DNA from: an uncultured Candidatus Rokubacteria bacterium
GTDB lineage: Bacteria; Methylomirabilota; Methylomirabilia; Rokubacteriales; CSP1-6
Reading direction: 5' to 3'
DNA: 64,000 bases
Assembly (NCBI GenBank): GCA_963758635.1
Contig: CAVWWD010000008.1
Location: 1,024,001 to 1,088,000, forward strand
Below are positions 39,062 to 50,298 of this stretch, in pieces. Below the pieces are notes generated by a model. That model did no database searches. It was not told the DNA's origin and saw nothing but the letters and a program-made list of their open reading frames with translations. The position numbers and the translations under genes were made by a program. Position 1 is the stretch's first letter, and every line of letters starts with the position of its first letter.

Positions 39062-39615
39062 ATGCGTGGACTCGTCAGACCGATCGGCTTCTTTCTCGCC
39101 GTGCTGACGCTCGCCTTCTTCCTGGGCGGCTGCCCGAAGCGCCCGGTGGCCCCGGTGGCGCAGGCGCCGGTTCCGGTGGCCCCGCCGGCGCCCGCGCCGG
39201 CCCCCGGCGCGCCTCCGGCCGCGCGCGCGCCCGAGCCCACGCCGGCGCCCGCAGCACCGCCAGGGAGTTCGCCGCCGTCGCCGGGCTGCGCACCGTGCAC
39301 TTCGGCTTCGACAAGTCCGTCATCCGTCCCGGCGACGCCCGGATCCTCGACGCCGGCGCGGACTGGCTCAAGAGCAATCCCCGTAGCATCGTGCTCGTCG
39401 AGGGCCACTGCGACGAGCGCGGGACCAGCGAGTACAACCTGGCTCTCGGCGATCGGCGGGCCCGTGCGGTGGTCGCCTACCTCGCCCGAAAGGGCATCGA
39501 CGCGAGGCGGTTCACGACCATCTCCTACGGCGAGGCCCGCCCCGTCTGCACCGAGAAGGCCGAGTCCTGCTGGGCGAGGAACCGGCGGGCCGAGAGCCTG
39601 ACCAAGGAGCGCTGA
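39062..39615 (+). CDS. pal: Pal/OmpA-family peptidoglycan-associated lipoprotein (frameshift near 39260)
   Basis: Lipobox LGGC, Pro-rich linker, VHFGFDKS, EGHCDERGTSEYNLALGDRRA, SYGE, NRR. Confidence 0.85.
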
Positions 39616-39628
39616 AGGAGAGTAGGCG

Positions 39629-40556
39629 CTACCGGACGCGGCCGCCGGTGCCGCGCAGCCGCGGGTCGAGCACGTCGCGGAGCGCGTCGCCCAGCATGTT
39701 GAAGCCGAACACGGCGAGCGAGATGGCGGCGCCCGGCCAGATCGCCATCCACGGGGCGGTGTAGAAGAAGGAGCGGCCCGACCCCGAGAGCATGGCCCCC
39801 CACGACGGATACGGCGGCGGCACGCCGAAGCCCAGGAAGGACAGCGCGGACTCGGCGAGGATCGCGCCGCCGAGGCCGATCGTGGCCAGGATGATGATCG
39901 TGGCCGCCACGTTGGGCAGGAGGTAGCGGATCATGATGCGCAGGTGGCCCGCGCCGACCGCGCGCGCCGCCTCGACGTACTGGTTCTGCGCCGCGGAGAG
40001 CGTGGCGCCCCGGATCACGCGCGAGGCGCCGGCCGCCCCGAGCACGCCCAGGGCGAGGATCACGTTCAGCAGGCCCGGGCCCAGCACGGCCATGATCGAC
40101 AGGATGACCACGAGGAACGGGAAGGACTGCCACGCGTCCACGACGCGCTGGACGCAGATGTCGTACTTGCCCCCGAAGTACCCGCTGGTGATGCCGATGG
40201 CCGCGGCGAGGACGTTGGCGAGCAGCACCGCGCCGAAGCCCACCGTGACGGAGATGCGCGCGCCGTAGACCACGCGGCTGAACACGTCGCGCCCCAGGTT
40301 GTCGGTCCCCATCAGGTAGGTCATGCCCGGGGCCTTCATGCGCGCCCCGCGGATCGTCTCGTCGTAGGAGTACGGCGCGATCACGTTCGCGAAGAGCGCG
40401 GTCACGATCATCACGACGACCAGGAGCCCGCCGAACGCCCCGAGCGGCTTGCGCCGGCAGAAGAGCCAGGTCGTGCGGCTCAACCGCGCGAAGCGGCCGG
40501 AGGCGCGAGGAGGGGTGAGGCACGGGGCAGTGCAGGACGTCGACGTGATTGGCCAT
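39629..40556 (-). CDS. Peptide ABC permease, DppC type
   Basis: MGTDNLGRD, YVEAARAVG, LLPN, NMLGDALRD. Confidence 0.85.
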
Positions 40557-40559
40557 GCT

Positions 40560-41506
40560 TTTACGTAGCGGATCCTTGGGGTCGCAGGAGGGCGTAGCGT
40601 GGCGTCGACCAGGAGGTTCATGACGACCACGACGCAGACGATGAGGAGGTTGATCCCCTGGATCACGGGGTAGTCGCGCTGGTTGATCGCGTCGAAGAGG
40701 AAGCGGCCCATGCCGGGCAGGCCGAAGATCTGCTCGAAGATGACGGTGCCGCCGAGGATCTGGGCGATCTGCAGGCCGAGCACGGTGATGACCGGGATGA
40801 CGGCGTTCTTGAGGCTGTGCTTGAGGACGACCACGCGCTCGCGCAGGCCCTTGGACCACGCCGTCCGGACGTAGTCCTGGCGGAGCACGTCCAGCAGCAT
40901 GGCGCGGGTGAGGCGCATGAGGGCCGCGGCCGACGCCAGGGCGAGGATGGCGGCGGGCAGCAGGAACTGGGCGATGTGGGCCCACGGGTCCTTCGTGAAC
41001 TCCGTGAACTGGATGGGCGGGCTCCACCCCCACCAGATGGCGGGGAGCAGGACGACGAGCGTGGCGATCCAGAAGCCGGGCACGGACAGGCCCATGATCG
41101 CCATGCTCCGCGCCGCGTAGTCGCCGATCGTGTCCTGGCGGATGGCCGCGATGACCCCGACGGGAATGGCCATCATGAGCGCGAAGATGAGCGCGAGCAC
41201 GCCCAGCTCGAGGCTGATCGGCATGCGCCGGGCGAGCTCCTCCACGACCGGCCGCTTCGTCCAGAGCGACTCGCCGAGGTCCCCGCGCAGGATCCGCCCG
41301 ACCCACTCGAAGTACTGCACGTAGATCGGCCGGTTCAGGCCGAGCTTCTCGCGCAGGTCCTCGAGGTCCTTGCCGTAGGCCTTCTCCTCCAGCATGAGCT
41401 GCACCACGTCGCCCGGGATGAGCCGCGGCAGCGAGAACACGATGAACGAGGCGATGATCAGCGACGGGATCGCCACGAGCAGCCGCCGGAGGACGTACTT
41501 CCGCAT
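40560..41506 (-). CDS. Peptide ABC permease, DppB type (3' end error-rich, apparently read through into DppC)
   Basis: PGDVV, DYVRTAWSKG, RDYPVIQG, PRIRY. Confidence 0.85.
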
Positions 41507-41524
41507 GCCGCGGGGCGGGCTCCG

Positions 41525-43168
41525 CTACTTGTCCAGCCAGGCCGTCATCAAGCGCCCGCCGTAATCGTGGCCGATGTTCGGTCCGAAGTTCTTGACGTGC
41601 GGCATCCATGCCGCGACGCAGCTGACCGACGGCCCGTAGGAGTAGTACACCTGCTGGGAGACCAGGCGCTGGATGTCGAACACGATCTCCCGCCGCTTCT
41701 TCTCGTCGAACGTGCGGCGCTGCAGCTTGATCATCTCGGTGAGCTTCGGGTCGTTGACGCCGGCGGAGTTCAGCGGCTCGCCGGGCAAGAGCGACGTGAA
41801 GTACGTGTCGGGGTCGGTGGTGCCGCCCCGGAGCGTGATGATCGCTTTCTCGAACTTCCCGAGGAGGCTCGACGACACGAACGCCCCGTACTCCTTCAGC
41901 TTCAGGTCGACCTCGATGCCCGCGCTCTTGAGGTTCTTGAGCGACACCTGCACGGCGTCCATCCAGTCCGGGCCGTAGCCCGGCGTGGTCTCGACGATCG
42001 TCTTGATGCCGTTCGGGTGCCCGGCCTCGGCGAGCAGCTTCCTGGCCGCCGCGGTGTCGGAGCTCGTAGAGCTTCCGGCCCTCGGCGGGGAGCTGGTCGA
42101 TCGGGATCGACCACTCCTTGAGGGCGGCGGGGATGAGCGGGTTGGGCGCGCCCTGGCCGAGAGACCAGGCGTTGGTCTCCAGCATCTCCCGCCAGTTCTG
42201 GGCCATGGCCATCGCCCGCCGCACGCGGACGTCCTTGAACGGGTCCTGGTCGAGCTTGGCCGACGATGAAGCCGCCGAACACCACGATGTAGTCGCGGGT
42301 GCCCAGGCCCTTGACGCGCGCCTTCGCGATGTCGAGGTCGCTCCGGCGCACGACCATCCCGTACTCGGGGCCGAAGTCGTACTTGCCGGCGAGGAAGGCG
42401 GCGAACCCCGAGGCGGGGTCGGCGTCGAGCGTGACGTGAACGCCGTCGGCGTACGGCAGGCCCGGCACGAAGTAGTTCGGGTTCCGCACGAAGGAGATGC
42501 GCACGTTGGGCTCGTAGCGCTCGAGCATCCAGGGGCCCGTGCCCACCACGCTCTCGGGCTTGCGGAGGTCGCCGTGCTGGTCGACGGACTCCTTGGCCAC
42601 GATCCACGTGGAGGTGGACGCCAGGCGCTCCACGAACCACGCGTTCGGCTCCTTCAGGGTGAACTTGACCGTGTGCTTGTCGACGGCCTCGACCTTGTCG
42701 ACCATCTCGAGCACCGGGCGATTGGCGTTGCCCTTGATGTTGAGGAACCGGTCGTACGTGTAGCGGACGTCCTCGGCGGTGAGCTCGCGGCCGTTCACCG
42801 GCGGCTTCGGATGCCAGCGCACGCCCTTCCGGAGCTTGAACACGTAGACGGTGTCGCCCTGGCGCTCCCACGACTCGGCCAGGTCCCCCTCAACGGGCTG
42901 CGTGCCCGGCACCACCGCGGAGCCGCCCTTGACCTTCACGAGGCGGCTGTACGCGAACGACAGCGGGATCATGGTCGAGAACGCGATCGTCTGGTGGGGA
43001 TCGAAATGCACGGGGGCGACGTGCGAGCGCAGCCGGAACGTGCCGCCGCGCTTGGGCGTCTGCGCCTCGGTGACGGCGGGGCCGGCGAGCGGCGCCCGCG
43101 GCGAGGGCGGCGCCGCCCAGCTTCAGGACCTGGCGGCGCGAGACGGTCGAGTCGGCGGCGTGCTCCAT
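41525..43168 (-). CDS. Tat-exported family-5 ABC substrate-binding protein (frameshifted)
   Basis: SRRQVLK Tat motif, HFDPH, LRKGVRWH, GTGPW, YGGRLMTAWLDK. Confidence 0.85.
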
Positions 43169-43191
43169 GGACGGTCCTCCGGTGGTAGGGG

Positions 43192-44838
43192 TCATTTGTC
43201 GAGCCAGGCGATCATGAGGCGTCCACCATAGTCGAGGCTGATGTTGGGCGCAAAATTCTTGACGTACGGCTCCCACGCCGACAGCACGCGCGCCGACGGG
43301 CTCACGAGCAGGTGATAGGCCTGCTGGGCGAAGTGGCGCTGGATGTCCCACAGGATGTCGCGGCGCTTCTTCTCGTCGAACGTGCGGCGCTGGAGCCGGA
43401 TCATCTCCGTCAGCTTCGGGTCGTTGACGCCGGCCACGTTCTGCGGGGCGCCCGGCAGCAGGTTCACGAGGTACGGGTCGGGCGTGGTGGCGCCGCCGCG
43501 GAGCGTGATCACCAGCCTTCTCGAACGCGCGGCCGAGCGTGCTCGCGATGAACGCGTTGCCTTCCTTGAGCTTGATCTCGGTGTCGATGCCCGAGCGCTT
43601 CCACTCGCTCTGGATGGCCTGCACCACGTCGGAGAATGCGGGGCCCCAGCGTCCCCGAGCTCTCCACCGGGAAGCGCAGCCCGCTGCCGTGGCCGGCCTG
43701 GGCGAGGAGCCGGCGCGCCTCCGCGGGATCGTGCTCGTAGAGCCGCCGGCCCTCCGGCGTGAGCTCCGCGATCGGGATGGACCAGTCACGGAGCGCCGCG
43801 GGCACGATGGGGTTCGGCGCGCCGTGGCCCGCACCCATCGGGTTCACCTCGATCACCGTCTTGAGGTTCACCGCCATGTGCAGCGCGCGGCGGACCCGGA
43901 TGTCGTTGAACGGCTCGACCTCGAGCTTCGGGACGCCGAACGTCGAGATCAGCCACGTGAACTCCGCGGTGGGCAGGTTCGGCTTGCGCCGGCGGACGAC
44001 CTCGAGGTCGCTGCGCTGGAACGTCATCTGGATCTCGGGGGCGAAGTCGTACTGGCCGGAGAGCCAGGCCGCCAGCTTGGACGCGGGGTCGGTGTCGATC
44101 GCGGACGTCCACGCCGTCGGCGTACGGGAGCCCCGGGCGGTAGAAGCTCGGATTGCGCACGAAGGTCAGGCGCACGTTCGGCTCGTACCGCTCGAGCATC
44201 CACGCGCCGGTGCCGATGACGGTCTCCGGCTTCTTGTACATCCCGTCCTTGTCCGCCGCCTCCCGGGGCAGGATGTGGAGGAGCGCCGCGCTGTCCAGGA
44301 ACCACGCGAACGGCTCCCTCATCGTGAAGCGCACGGTGTGGCGGTCGACCGCCTCGACCTTGTCGATCTCCTCCAGCGCGGCCCGGTTCGGGTTGCCCTT
44401 CACGGTGAGGGCCCGCTGGTAGGTGAACACGACGTCGTCCGCGGTCAGCTCGCGGCCGTTGACCGGGGGTTTGTTGTGCCAGCGCACCCCGCGGCGGAGC
44501 TTGAACACGTACGTGGTCTCGGTGGGCCGCTCCCACGACTCGGCGAGGTCGCCCTCGACGGGGAGCGTGCCCGGCGCCACGCTCGGGCCCGCCTTGTGGC
44601 GCAGGAGCGAGCTGTGGGTGAGCGAGAGGTAGATGAAGGTCCACCAGTGGGGCGTCTGGTGGGGGTCGAAGTGCGGCGGGTCGAAGCCGGCGAGGCGGAA
44701 GACCCCGCCGCGCTTCGGCGCCTGGGCGCCGGCGGCCCGCGGCGCGGCGAGGTCCGTGATGGAGAGGAGCGGCGCGGCGACCGCGCCGAGCTTCAGGAGG
44801 TCACGACGGCTCAGGGCATCGTGGGTTCGATTCGCCAT
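43192..44838 (-). CDS. Tat-exported family-5 ABC substrate-binding protein (frameshifted)
   Basis: SRRDLLK, DPPHFDPH, LRRGVRWH, YGGRLMIAWLDK. Confidence 0.85.
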
Positions 44839-44904
44839 CGCCGCCTCCTTGCCGCTCGGCGCGTGCGCCCCGCCCGAGATGTCACCGATGGGGCTCGCGC
44901 GCCC

Positions 44905-46557
44905 TCACCGGTCGAGCCAGGCGGCCAGGAGCCGCCCGCCGTAGTCGTAGCCGAGGTTGGGCCCGTAGTTCTTGATCGCGCCGTCCCACATCGCGACGTA
45001 CACGCCGGACCAGAGCTGGATGTAGTACTGCTGCTTGGCGAGGTGCCGCTGGATCTCGAAGATGACCTCGCGCCGCTTGGCCGGGTCCATGGTGCGGCGC
45101 TGGCGGATCAGCATGTCGGCGACCACGGGGTCGTTGATGTGGCTCTGGTTCTTCAGCTCGCCCGGATAGTACTGGCCGAAGAGGAAGTTGTCGGGCTCGA
45201 GGAAGGGCGTCTGCGGGCCGAAGGCCAGCGCCTCGTACTTGCCGTAGAACGTGCTCGAGATGTAGGCCCCGTACTCCTTGGTGTTGAGCTTCACGTCGAT
45301 GCCCACGTCCTTGAGCTGCTTGAGGACGAGCTGCGCGGAGTCCACGAGCGGCACCGACCCGTAGGTGGTGAAGTCCATGGTGGCCTGGAAGCCCTTGCCC
45401 TGCCCGGCCTCGGCGAGGAGCTTCTTGGCCGCCGCGGGATCGTGCTTGAAGTACTGGGCGCCCTCGCCGAGCTGCGCCGCCGGGATGGACCAGTCCTTGA
45501 GCGCGGCGGGCACCGCGGGGTTGAGGACGCCGACGCCCTCGGCCACCGCGTCGATGATGCCCTTCCGGTCGATGGCCATGGACATGGCGCGCCGCACCCG
45601 CACGTCGTTGAACGGCGGCTTGTCGGTGCGCATGTAGATGTGGCTCATCACGTTGGAGGGGAACTCCGCCGTCTGCAGGGTCGGCCGCTTCTGCTTGAGC
45701 GTGTCCTTGATCTGCGCGAGGTCCGGGCGGTTGATGGTGCCCGGGAACTCCCAGCCGAGGTCGTACTTGCCGGCGATGAACGCGGCCATGCGGGAGGCGT
45801 TGTCCTCGTCGACGAACACTTCCACGCGGTCGATGTACGGCAGCCCGGCCACGAAGTAGCTCGGGTTCTTGACCAGGGTCATGCCCACGTTCGGGCGGTA
45901 GCTGTCGAGCATCCACGGCCCCGTGCCGATGGTGGCCTCGGGCTTCTTGAGGTCGCCGAACTTCTCGACGCACTCCTTGGGGATGATGGCCACCGCCATC
46001 GGGTTGGCCATGATGTCGATGAACCAGGCGTACGGCTCCTTCAGGGTGAAGCGCACCGTGTACTTGTCCGGCGCCTCCACCTTGTCCAGCGACGCCAGCA
46101 TGTAGGCGTTGGCGTTGCCTTTGACCGTCCGGAACCGTTCGATGGAGTAGAGGACGTCGTCCGAGGTGAACTCGCGGCCGTTGACCGGCGCCTTGTTGTG
46201 CCAGCGCACGCCGCGGCGGAGCTTGAACACGTACGTCGTCTCGTTGGGCTGGGTCCACGACTCGGCGAGGTCGCCCTCGAGCGGGAACGTGCCGGGGGTC
46301 ACGGACGGGCCCGCCTTGGGCTTCACGAGACGGCTGTGGGTGAAGGTGTAGGGGATGTGGGTCTTGTAGGAGATGGTCAGGTGCGGGTCGAAGTGGGGTG
46401 GGTCCCACAGCCTCAGGTTGAGGGTGCCCCCCCGCTTAGGTGTTTGGGCATGTCCCACGCCGGGGTGTCCCAGCGCGGCCCCCGCTGCCAGGGCGGAGCC
46501 CGAGAGCTTCAGCCAGTCGCGCCGCGTCAGTGCGGTCTGTCGGGTCAGGTCGTCCAT
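44905..46557 (-). CDS. Tat-exported family-5 ABC substrate-binding protein
   Basis: TRRDWLK, DPPHFDPH, LRRGVRWH, YGGRLLAAWLDR; intact ORF. Confidence 0.92.
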   Translation of the reverse strand: MDDLTRQTALTRRDWLKLSGSALAAGAALGHPGVGHAQTPKRGGTLNLRLWDPPHFDPHLTISYKTHIPYTFTHSRLVKPKAGPSVTPGTFPLEGDLAESWTQPNETTYVFKLRRGVRWHNKAPVNGREFTSDDVLYSIERFRTVKGNANAYMLASLDKVEAPDKYTVRFTLKEPYAWFIDIMANPMAVAIIPKECVEKFGDLKKPEATIGTGPWMLDSYRPNVGMTLVKNPSYFVAGLPYIDRVEVFVDEDNASRMAAFIAGKYDLGWEFPGTINRPDLAQIKDTLKQKRPTLQTAEFPSNVMSHIYMRTDKPPFNDVRVRRAMSMAIDRKGIIDAVAEGVGVLNPAVPAALKDWSIPAAQLGEGAQYFKHDPAAAKKLLAEAGQGKGFQATMDFTTYGSVPLVDSAQLVLKQLKDVGIDVKLNTKEYGAYISSTFYGKYEALAFGPQTPFLEPDNFLFGQYYPGELKNQSHINDPVVADMLIRQRRTMDPAKRREVIFEIQRHLAKQQYYIQLWSGVYVAMWDGAIKNYGPNLGYDYGGRLLAAWLDR

Positions 46558-46665
46558 GAGCCTCCCTCGTGGAATTGGAATCGGGCCGCGGCGAGCCGGG
46601 CCGAAATTGGCGACACTTTGGGCACAACCGGCGGGGATGTCAAGCGGTCGCTGGCGTTGTCCCCG

Positions 46666-47946
46666 TCACCGCGGCCGGTGCCCGAGGCGCTCGGCGTCCA
46701 CGGTGATCCGGAGGAACGCGATGCACATCTCGTCGGCCGTGCCCTCCCCCCAGCCGACGTCCTTCGGGGGCTTGTTCGGGTTCCGGCGGTTCGCGGCGGA
46801 GTTGTCGAACACGGCCACCACGTCCACGCGCGTGCCCCCGGGCAGGGGCACGGGGCGGACGTAGTCGTAGCCGCCCTGCCAGTGGAAGTCCCAGTCGTCG
46901 ATCCGGATCAGGGGAACGACGGTGCCATCCGGACGCGTGGCCGTCACCGTCATCTCGCGGCCCAGGAGGTGCATGTGCGGGAACACGCCGGTGGCGTGGA
47001 CGTTCCAGGCGGGCGGCACCGTCCACGAGGCGCGCACCTCGTGACGCTCGGCCCCGGCGGGGATGACGAACCCCTGGTTCAGGATCGGGACGGAGCGGAA
47101 GCGCTTGTCGACCTGCGTCCGCGCGAAGTGCAGGCCGATGCGCGTCCGGTCGGTCTGGGGCGCGCCGGTGCGGTTGTGGTAGTGGACCTGCACGACGACG
47201 TGGGCGCCCGCGGGGAGCAGCATGCCGACGCCGTCGGGCATGACGGTGGGCGGCGAGCCGGGGGCCCATCCGCCGACGCTGCCCTGGGGCCGGAAGCCGG
47301 CGCCGCCGAAGCACGTGTAGCCCGGGCCGGGCTCGGCGCGGTCGAGCGCCTCGGCGCGGCCCTGCGTGTCCACGAAGGTCAGCACGTGGTGGACGACCTT
47401 GCGGTTGCCGGGGACGAACTCCACCGCCGAGAGGTAGCGGTCCTCGGGAAAGGCGGTGGGGATGACGAAGCACCGGTAGACGTCGCGGTCGCCCGACGGG
47501 ACCTCGTAGGCCTCGGCGGGCGCCAGCACGGCGTCGGGCGTGCCGTGCGCCCACGTGTCGGGGAACCGCCGCGGCGGCGGCAGGTCGCGAGGGTCGCCCT
47601 CGGGGGCGCCCGCGGCCACCCAGGCCCGGATCAGCTCCACGTCGCGGTCGGCGAGCCGGCGCGAGCCGACGAACTCGCCGAAGCCCGGCACCGGCTTCCA
47701 CGGCGGCATCTCCCGCGACTCGACCATCTTGAGGACGCGGTCGCGACGGCGGCGCGCGTCGGCGTACGTCGCGAGCGAGAACTGGCCCACCTCGCCCGGG
47801 CGGTGACAGCCCTGGCAGTGCTCCTGGACGAGGCGCGAGACCTGGTTGCTCCACGTGACCGGCTCGCCGTCGCTGCCGGCGCGGGCGGGCACGAGGCAGA
47901 GCCCGGCGAGGACGAGGACGCTCGCCAGCCGGCGCGAAAGGATCAC
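46666..47946 (-). CDS. Secreted copper type II ascorbate-dependent monooxygenase (PHM/DBH-like) with an N-terminal c-type heme domain
   Basis: Signal peptide, CQGCH with MPPW, VVHHV, VHYH, PHMHLLG, WDFHWQ, EMC. Confidence 0.85.
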   Translation of the reverse strand: MILSRRLASVLVLAGLCLVPARAGSDGEPVTWSNQVSRLVQEHCQGCHRPGEVGQFSLATYADARRRRDRVLKMVESREMPPWKPVPGFGEFVGSRRLADRDVELIRAWVAAGAPEGDPRDLPPPRRFPDTWAHGTPDAVLAPAEAYEVPSGDRDVYRCFVIPTAFPEDRYLSAVEFVPGNRKVVHHVLTFVDTQGRAEALDRAEPGPGYTCFGGAGFRPQGSVGGWAPGSPPTVMPDGVGMLLPAGAHVVVQVHYHNRTGAPQTDRTRIGLHFARTQVDKRFRSVPILNQGFVIPAGAERHEVRASWTVPPAWNVHATGVFPHMHLLGREMTVTATRPDGTVVPLIRIDDWDFHWQGGYDYVRPVPLPGGTRVDVVAVFDNSAANRRNPNKPPKDVGWGEGTADEMCIAFLRITVDAERLGHRPR

Positions 47947-48700
47947 CGCCGGAAGTCCTCGGCGCGGCTCTCCGGCACGAAGCCCAGCACCTCGCGCGCG
48001 TGGGCGCTGTCGCGGTAGCTCAGCCGGTTGTCCGAGGTGAGGAAGCACACCGCGTAGCGGACGCCCGGCGGCGCGGCGATCGACCGCTCGATGGCCTGCA
48101 CGACGTCGGCCTGGCTGAGCCACACCGAGAACTCGCGCGGAGCGGTCGGCCGGTCCTCCGCGTTCACCGCGCCGATGCGGAGGCAGATCATCGACATGCC
48201 GTGGGCGTCGCTGAAGTGCCGGGCGAGCGCCTCGCCGAACACCTTGCTCACGCCGTAGAGCCCGGCGGGGCGGGGCGGGGACTGGTGCGTGAAGATGGGC
48301 CACGTGCCGAGCTGGAGCGGGCGTCCCGCGACCAGGCCCGCCCACGGCTCCTCGCGCTCGCAGCGGCTGATCGTGGCGCCGCTCGACGCGTAGACCACGC
48401 GCCGGACGCCGGCCTGGCGCGCGGCCTCGAACACGTTGTAGGTCCCCGTGATGTTGCTGTCGAGCACCTCCCCCACGTGCCCTCGCCGTGCGCGTACCCG
48501 GCGAGGTGCACGACCACGTCGACACCCGCGAAGGCGGGCGTGATGGCGTCGAGGTGGGCGATGTCCGCCTGGTGGCAGGGCACGCCCTCGATCCGGCTGC
48601 GGTTGAGCGCGCGAAGCGCGTAGCGGCCCTCGAGGCGCTTGCGGAGCGCCGTGCCGATGAGCCCGCTCATCCCCGTGACCAGCACCGTGGTCTGCGTCAT
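47943..48700 (-). CDS. NAD-dependent epimerase/dehydratase (uronate-dehydrogenase-like), frameshift near 48470
   Basis: VTGMSGLIG, HLAG, YASS, YGVSK, LRIG, WLS. Confidence 0.85.
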
Positions 48701-48790
48701 CCCGCCTCCTCGCTGCCGCCCGCCTCGCGGCGCCCGCCCACCTTAGCACACGCTCGCGACGGGGCCCGGAGCGCGGGCCGGCTCCGGCGC

Positions 48791-48820
48791 TTGACAGGCC
48801 TCGCGCCGGCCTCGTAGGCT
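48791..48820 (+). promoter_or_regulatory. Sigma70-type promoter giving a nearly leaderless transcript
   Basis: TTGACA-N18-TAGGCT, 10 nt before ATG 48831, no Shine-Dalgarno. Confidence 0.55.
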
Positions 48821-48830
48821 CGCCCCGGCG

Positions 48831-50204
48831 ATGAGAGACAAGACGCCCTCCACCCGCGGCGCGCGCGACGTGCTCGCGCGCTGCCGCTCCGGCCGCGTGC
48901 AGCTCGTGCGCTTCCTCTACTGCGGCAACGACGGCGTGATCCGCGGCAAGGCGTGCCACACGCGCTTTCTCGAGTCGTACCTCCGGTCGGGCATCGGCCT
49001 CACCGTGGCCATGCAGTCCTTCAACGTGCTCGACCAGCTCGCGCCCGATGGCTCCTTCGGCCCGGTGGGCGAGATCCGCCTCGTGCCTGACGTGAGCACG
49101 TTCGCCACGCTGCCATACTCCCCGCGGTCCGCGCGTCTGTACTGCGACATGATCACGCTGGACGAGGAGCCGTGGGGCGCCTGCCCGCGGAGCTTCCTGC
49201 GCCGCATGATCGACCGCGCGCGGGCCCAGGGCCTCGAGCTGAAGGCCGCCTTCGAGAACGAGTTCACGCTGGCCCGCCGCGATGGCGACACCGTCGCGCC
49301 GCTCGACCGCAGCCCGTGCTTCTCGACCATCGGCATGGACATCGCGGCGCCGGTCATGACGGAGGTCATCGACGCGCTGGTGGCCCAGGGCGTGGAGCCC
49401 GAGCAGTACTACGCGGAGCTGGGGCCGGGTCAGCAGGAGCTGCCCGTGCGGTACACCGACGCGCTCCGCGCCGCCGACAACCAGCTCACGGTGCGGGAGA
49501 CGGCCCGGGGCGTGGCGCTCCGTCACGGGCTCATCGCCTCGTTCGCGCCGAAGCCGTTCCCGGGCGAGGCGGGCAACGGCAGCCACATCCACTGGAGCCT
49601 CTGGCGGACACGCGACAAGAAGAACCACTTCCACGATGCGCGCGGGCCGCACGGCCTCTCCGCGGCGGCGCTGGCGTTCATGGGCGGCGTGCTCGACCAC
49701 CTGCCGGCGCTGCTCGCCCTGACCGCGCCCAGCGTCAACTCGTACCGCCGGCTCCAGCCGCGGTTCTGGTCGAGCGCCTACGCGTGCTGGGGCCCGGACA
49801 ACCGCGAGGCGGCCATCCGCGTGCCCTCGAAGCGCAAGGGGATCGAGGCCGACTCGACCAACCTCGAGCTGAAGCCGTGCGATCCCTCGAACAATCCCTA
49901 CCTCGCGCTCGGCGGTCTCCTCGCCGCCGGCCTCGACGGCATCGCACGCAAGCTCGACCCCGGCGAGCCGACCCTCGTCGATCCCGATACGCTCACGGAC
50001 GCCGAGCGCGCGCGCCGCGGCATCCGCCGCCATCCCACCTCGCTCGGCGCGGCCCTCGACGCCCTCGAGCGCGACCCCGTGCTGGCCGAAGCGCTCGGCC
50101 CCGTGCTGTTCAAGGAATACCTCATCGTGAAGCGCTCGGAGGTGCAGGGGTTCCAGGGCAAGGACGTGGACTTCGAGATCGCCCAGCACTTCCACAAGTA
50201 CTAG
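48831..50204 (+). CDS. Glutamine synthetase-like gamma-glutamyl ligase (FluG C-terminal/PuuA-like)
   Basis: FENEF, ELGPGQQE, PKP, GNGSHIH, NSYRRL, DNREAAIR, NPYL. Confidence 0.9.
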   Translation: MRDKTPSTRGARDVLARCRSGRVQLVRFLYCGNDGVIRGKACHTRFLESYLRSGIGLTVAMQSFNVLDQLAPDGSFGPVGEIRLVPDVSTFATLPYSPRSARLYCDMITLDEEPWGACPRSFLRRMIDRARAQGLELKAAFENEFTLARRDGDTVAPLDRSPCFSTIGMDIAAPVMTEVIDALVAQGVEPEQYYAELGPGQQELPVRYTDALRAADNQLTVRETARGVALRHGLIASFAPKPFPGEAGNGSHIHWSLWRTRDKKNHFHDARGPHGLSAAALAFMGGVLDHLPALLALTAPSVNSYRRLQPRFWSSAYACWGPDNREAAIRVPSKRKGIEADSTNLELKPCDPSNNPYLALGGLLAAGLDGIARKLDPGEPTLVDPDTLTDAERARRGIRRHPTSLGAALDALERDPVLAEALGPVLFKEYLIVKRSEVQGFQGKDVDFEIAQHFHKY

Positions 50205-50298
50205 GAGACGAGACATCACGAACCCTCTCGATGCTCTGGGGCATCAGCCCCGCGCGTGAGCCCGCGCGCCGACGAAGCTGGCGAGAAAGGATCGACGA

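Noticed and set aside
39629..41506. 625-aa DppB-DppC fusion
   Set aside because: The junction (40550-40600) is garbled by several apparent insertions in the conserved YA.LDPRIRY end, and an ATG at 40556 fits a separate DppC start.
43759..48018. Very long + strand ORFs (1419 aa here; also 32732-36526, 8592-11231 and others)
   Set aside because: Antisense shadows of real minus-strand genes in high-GC DNA, with no recognisable motifs.
48831..50204. Canonical glnA
   Set aside because: Lacks GSI N-terminal signatures such as FDGSS. It better fits gamma-glutamyl ligase/FluG-like paralogues.
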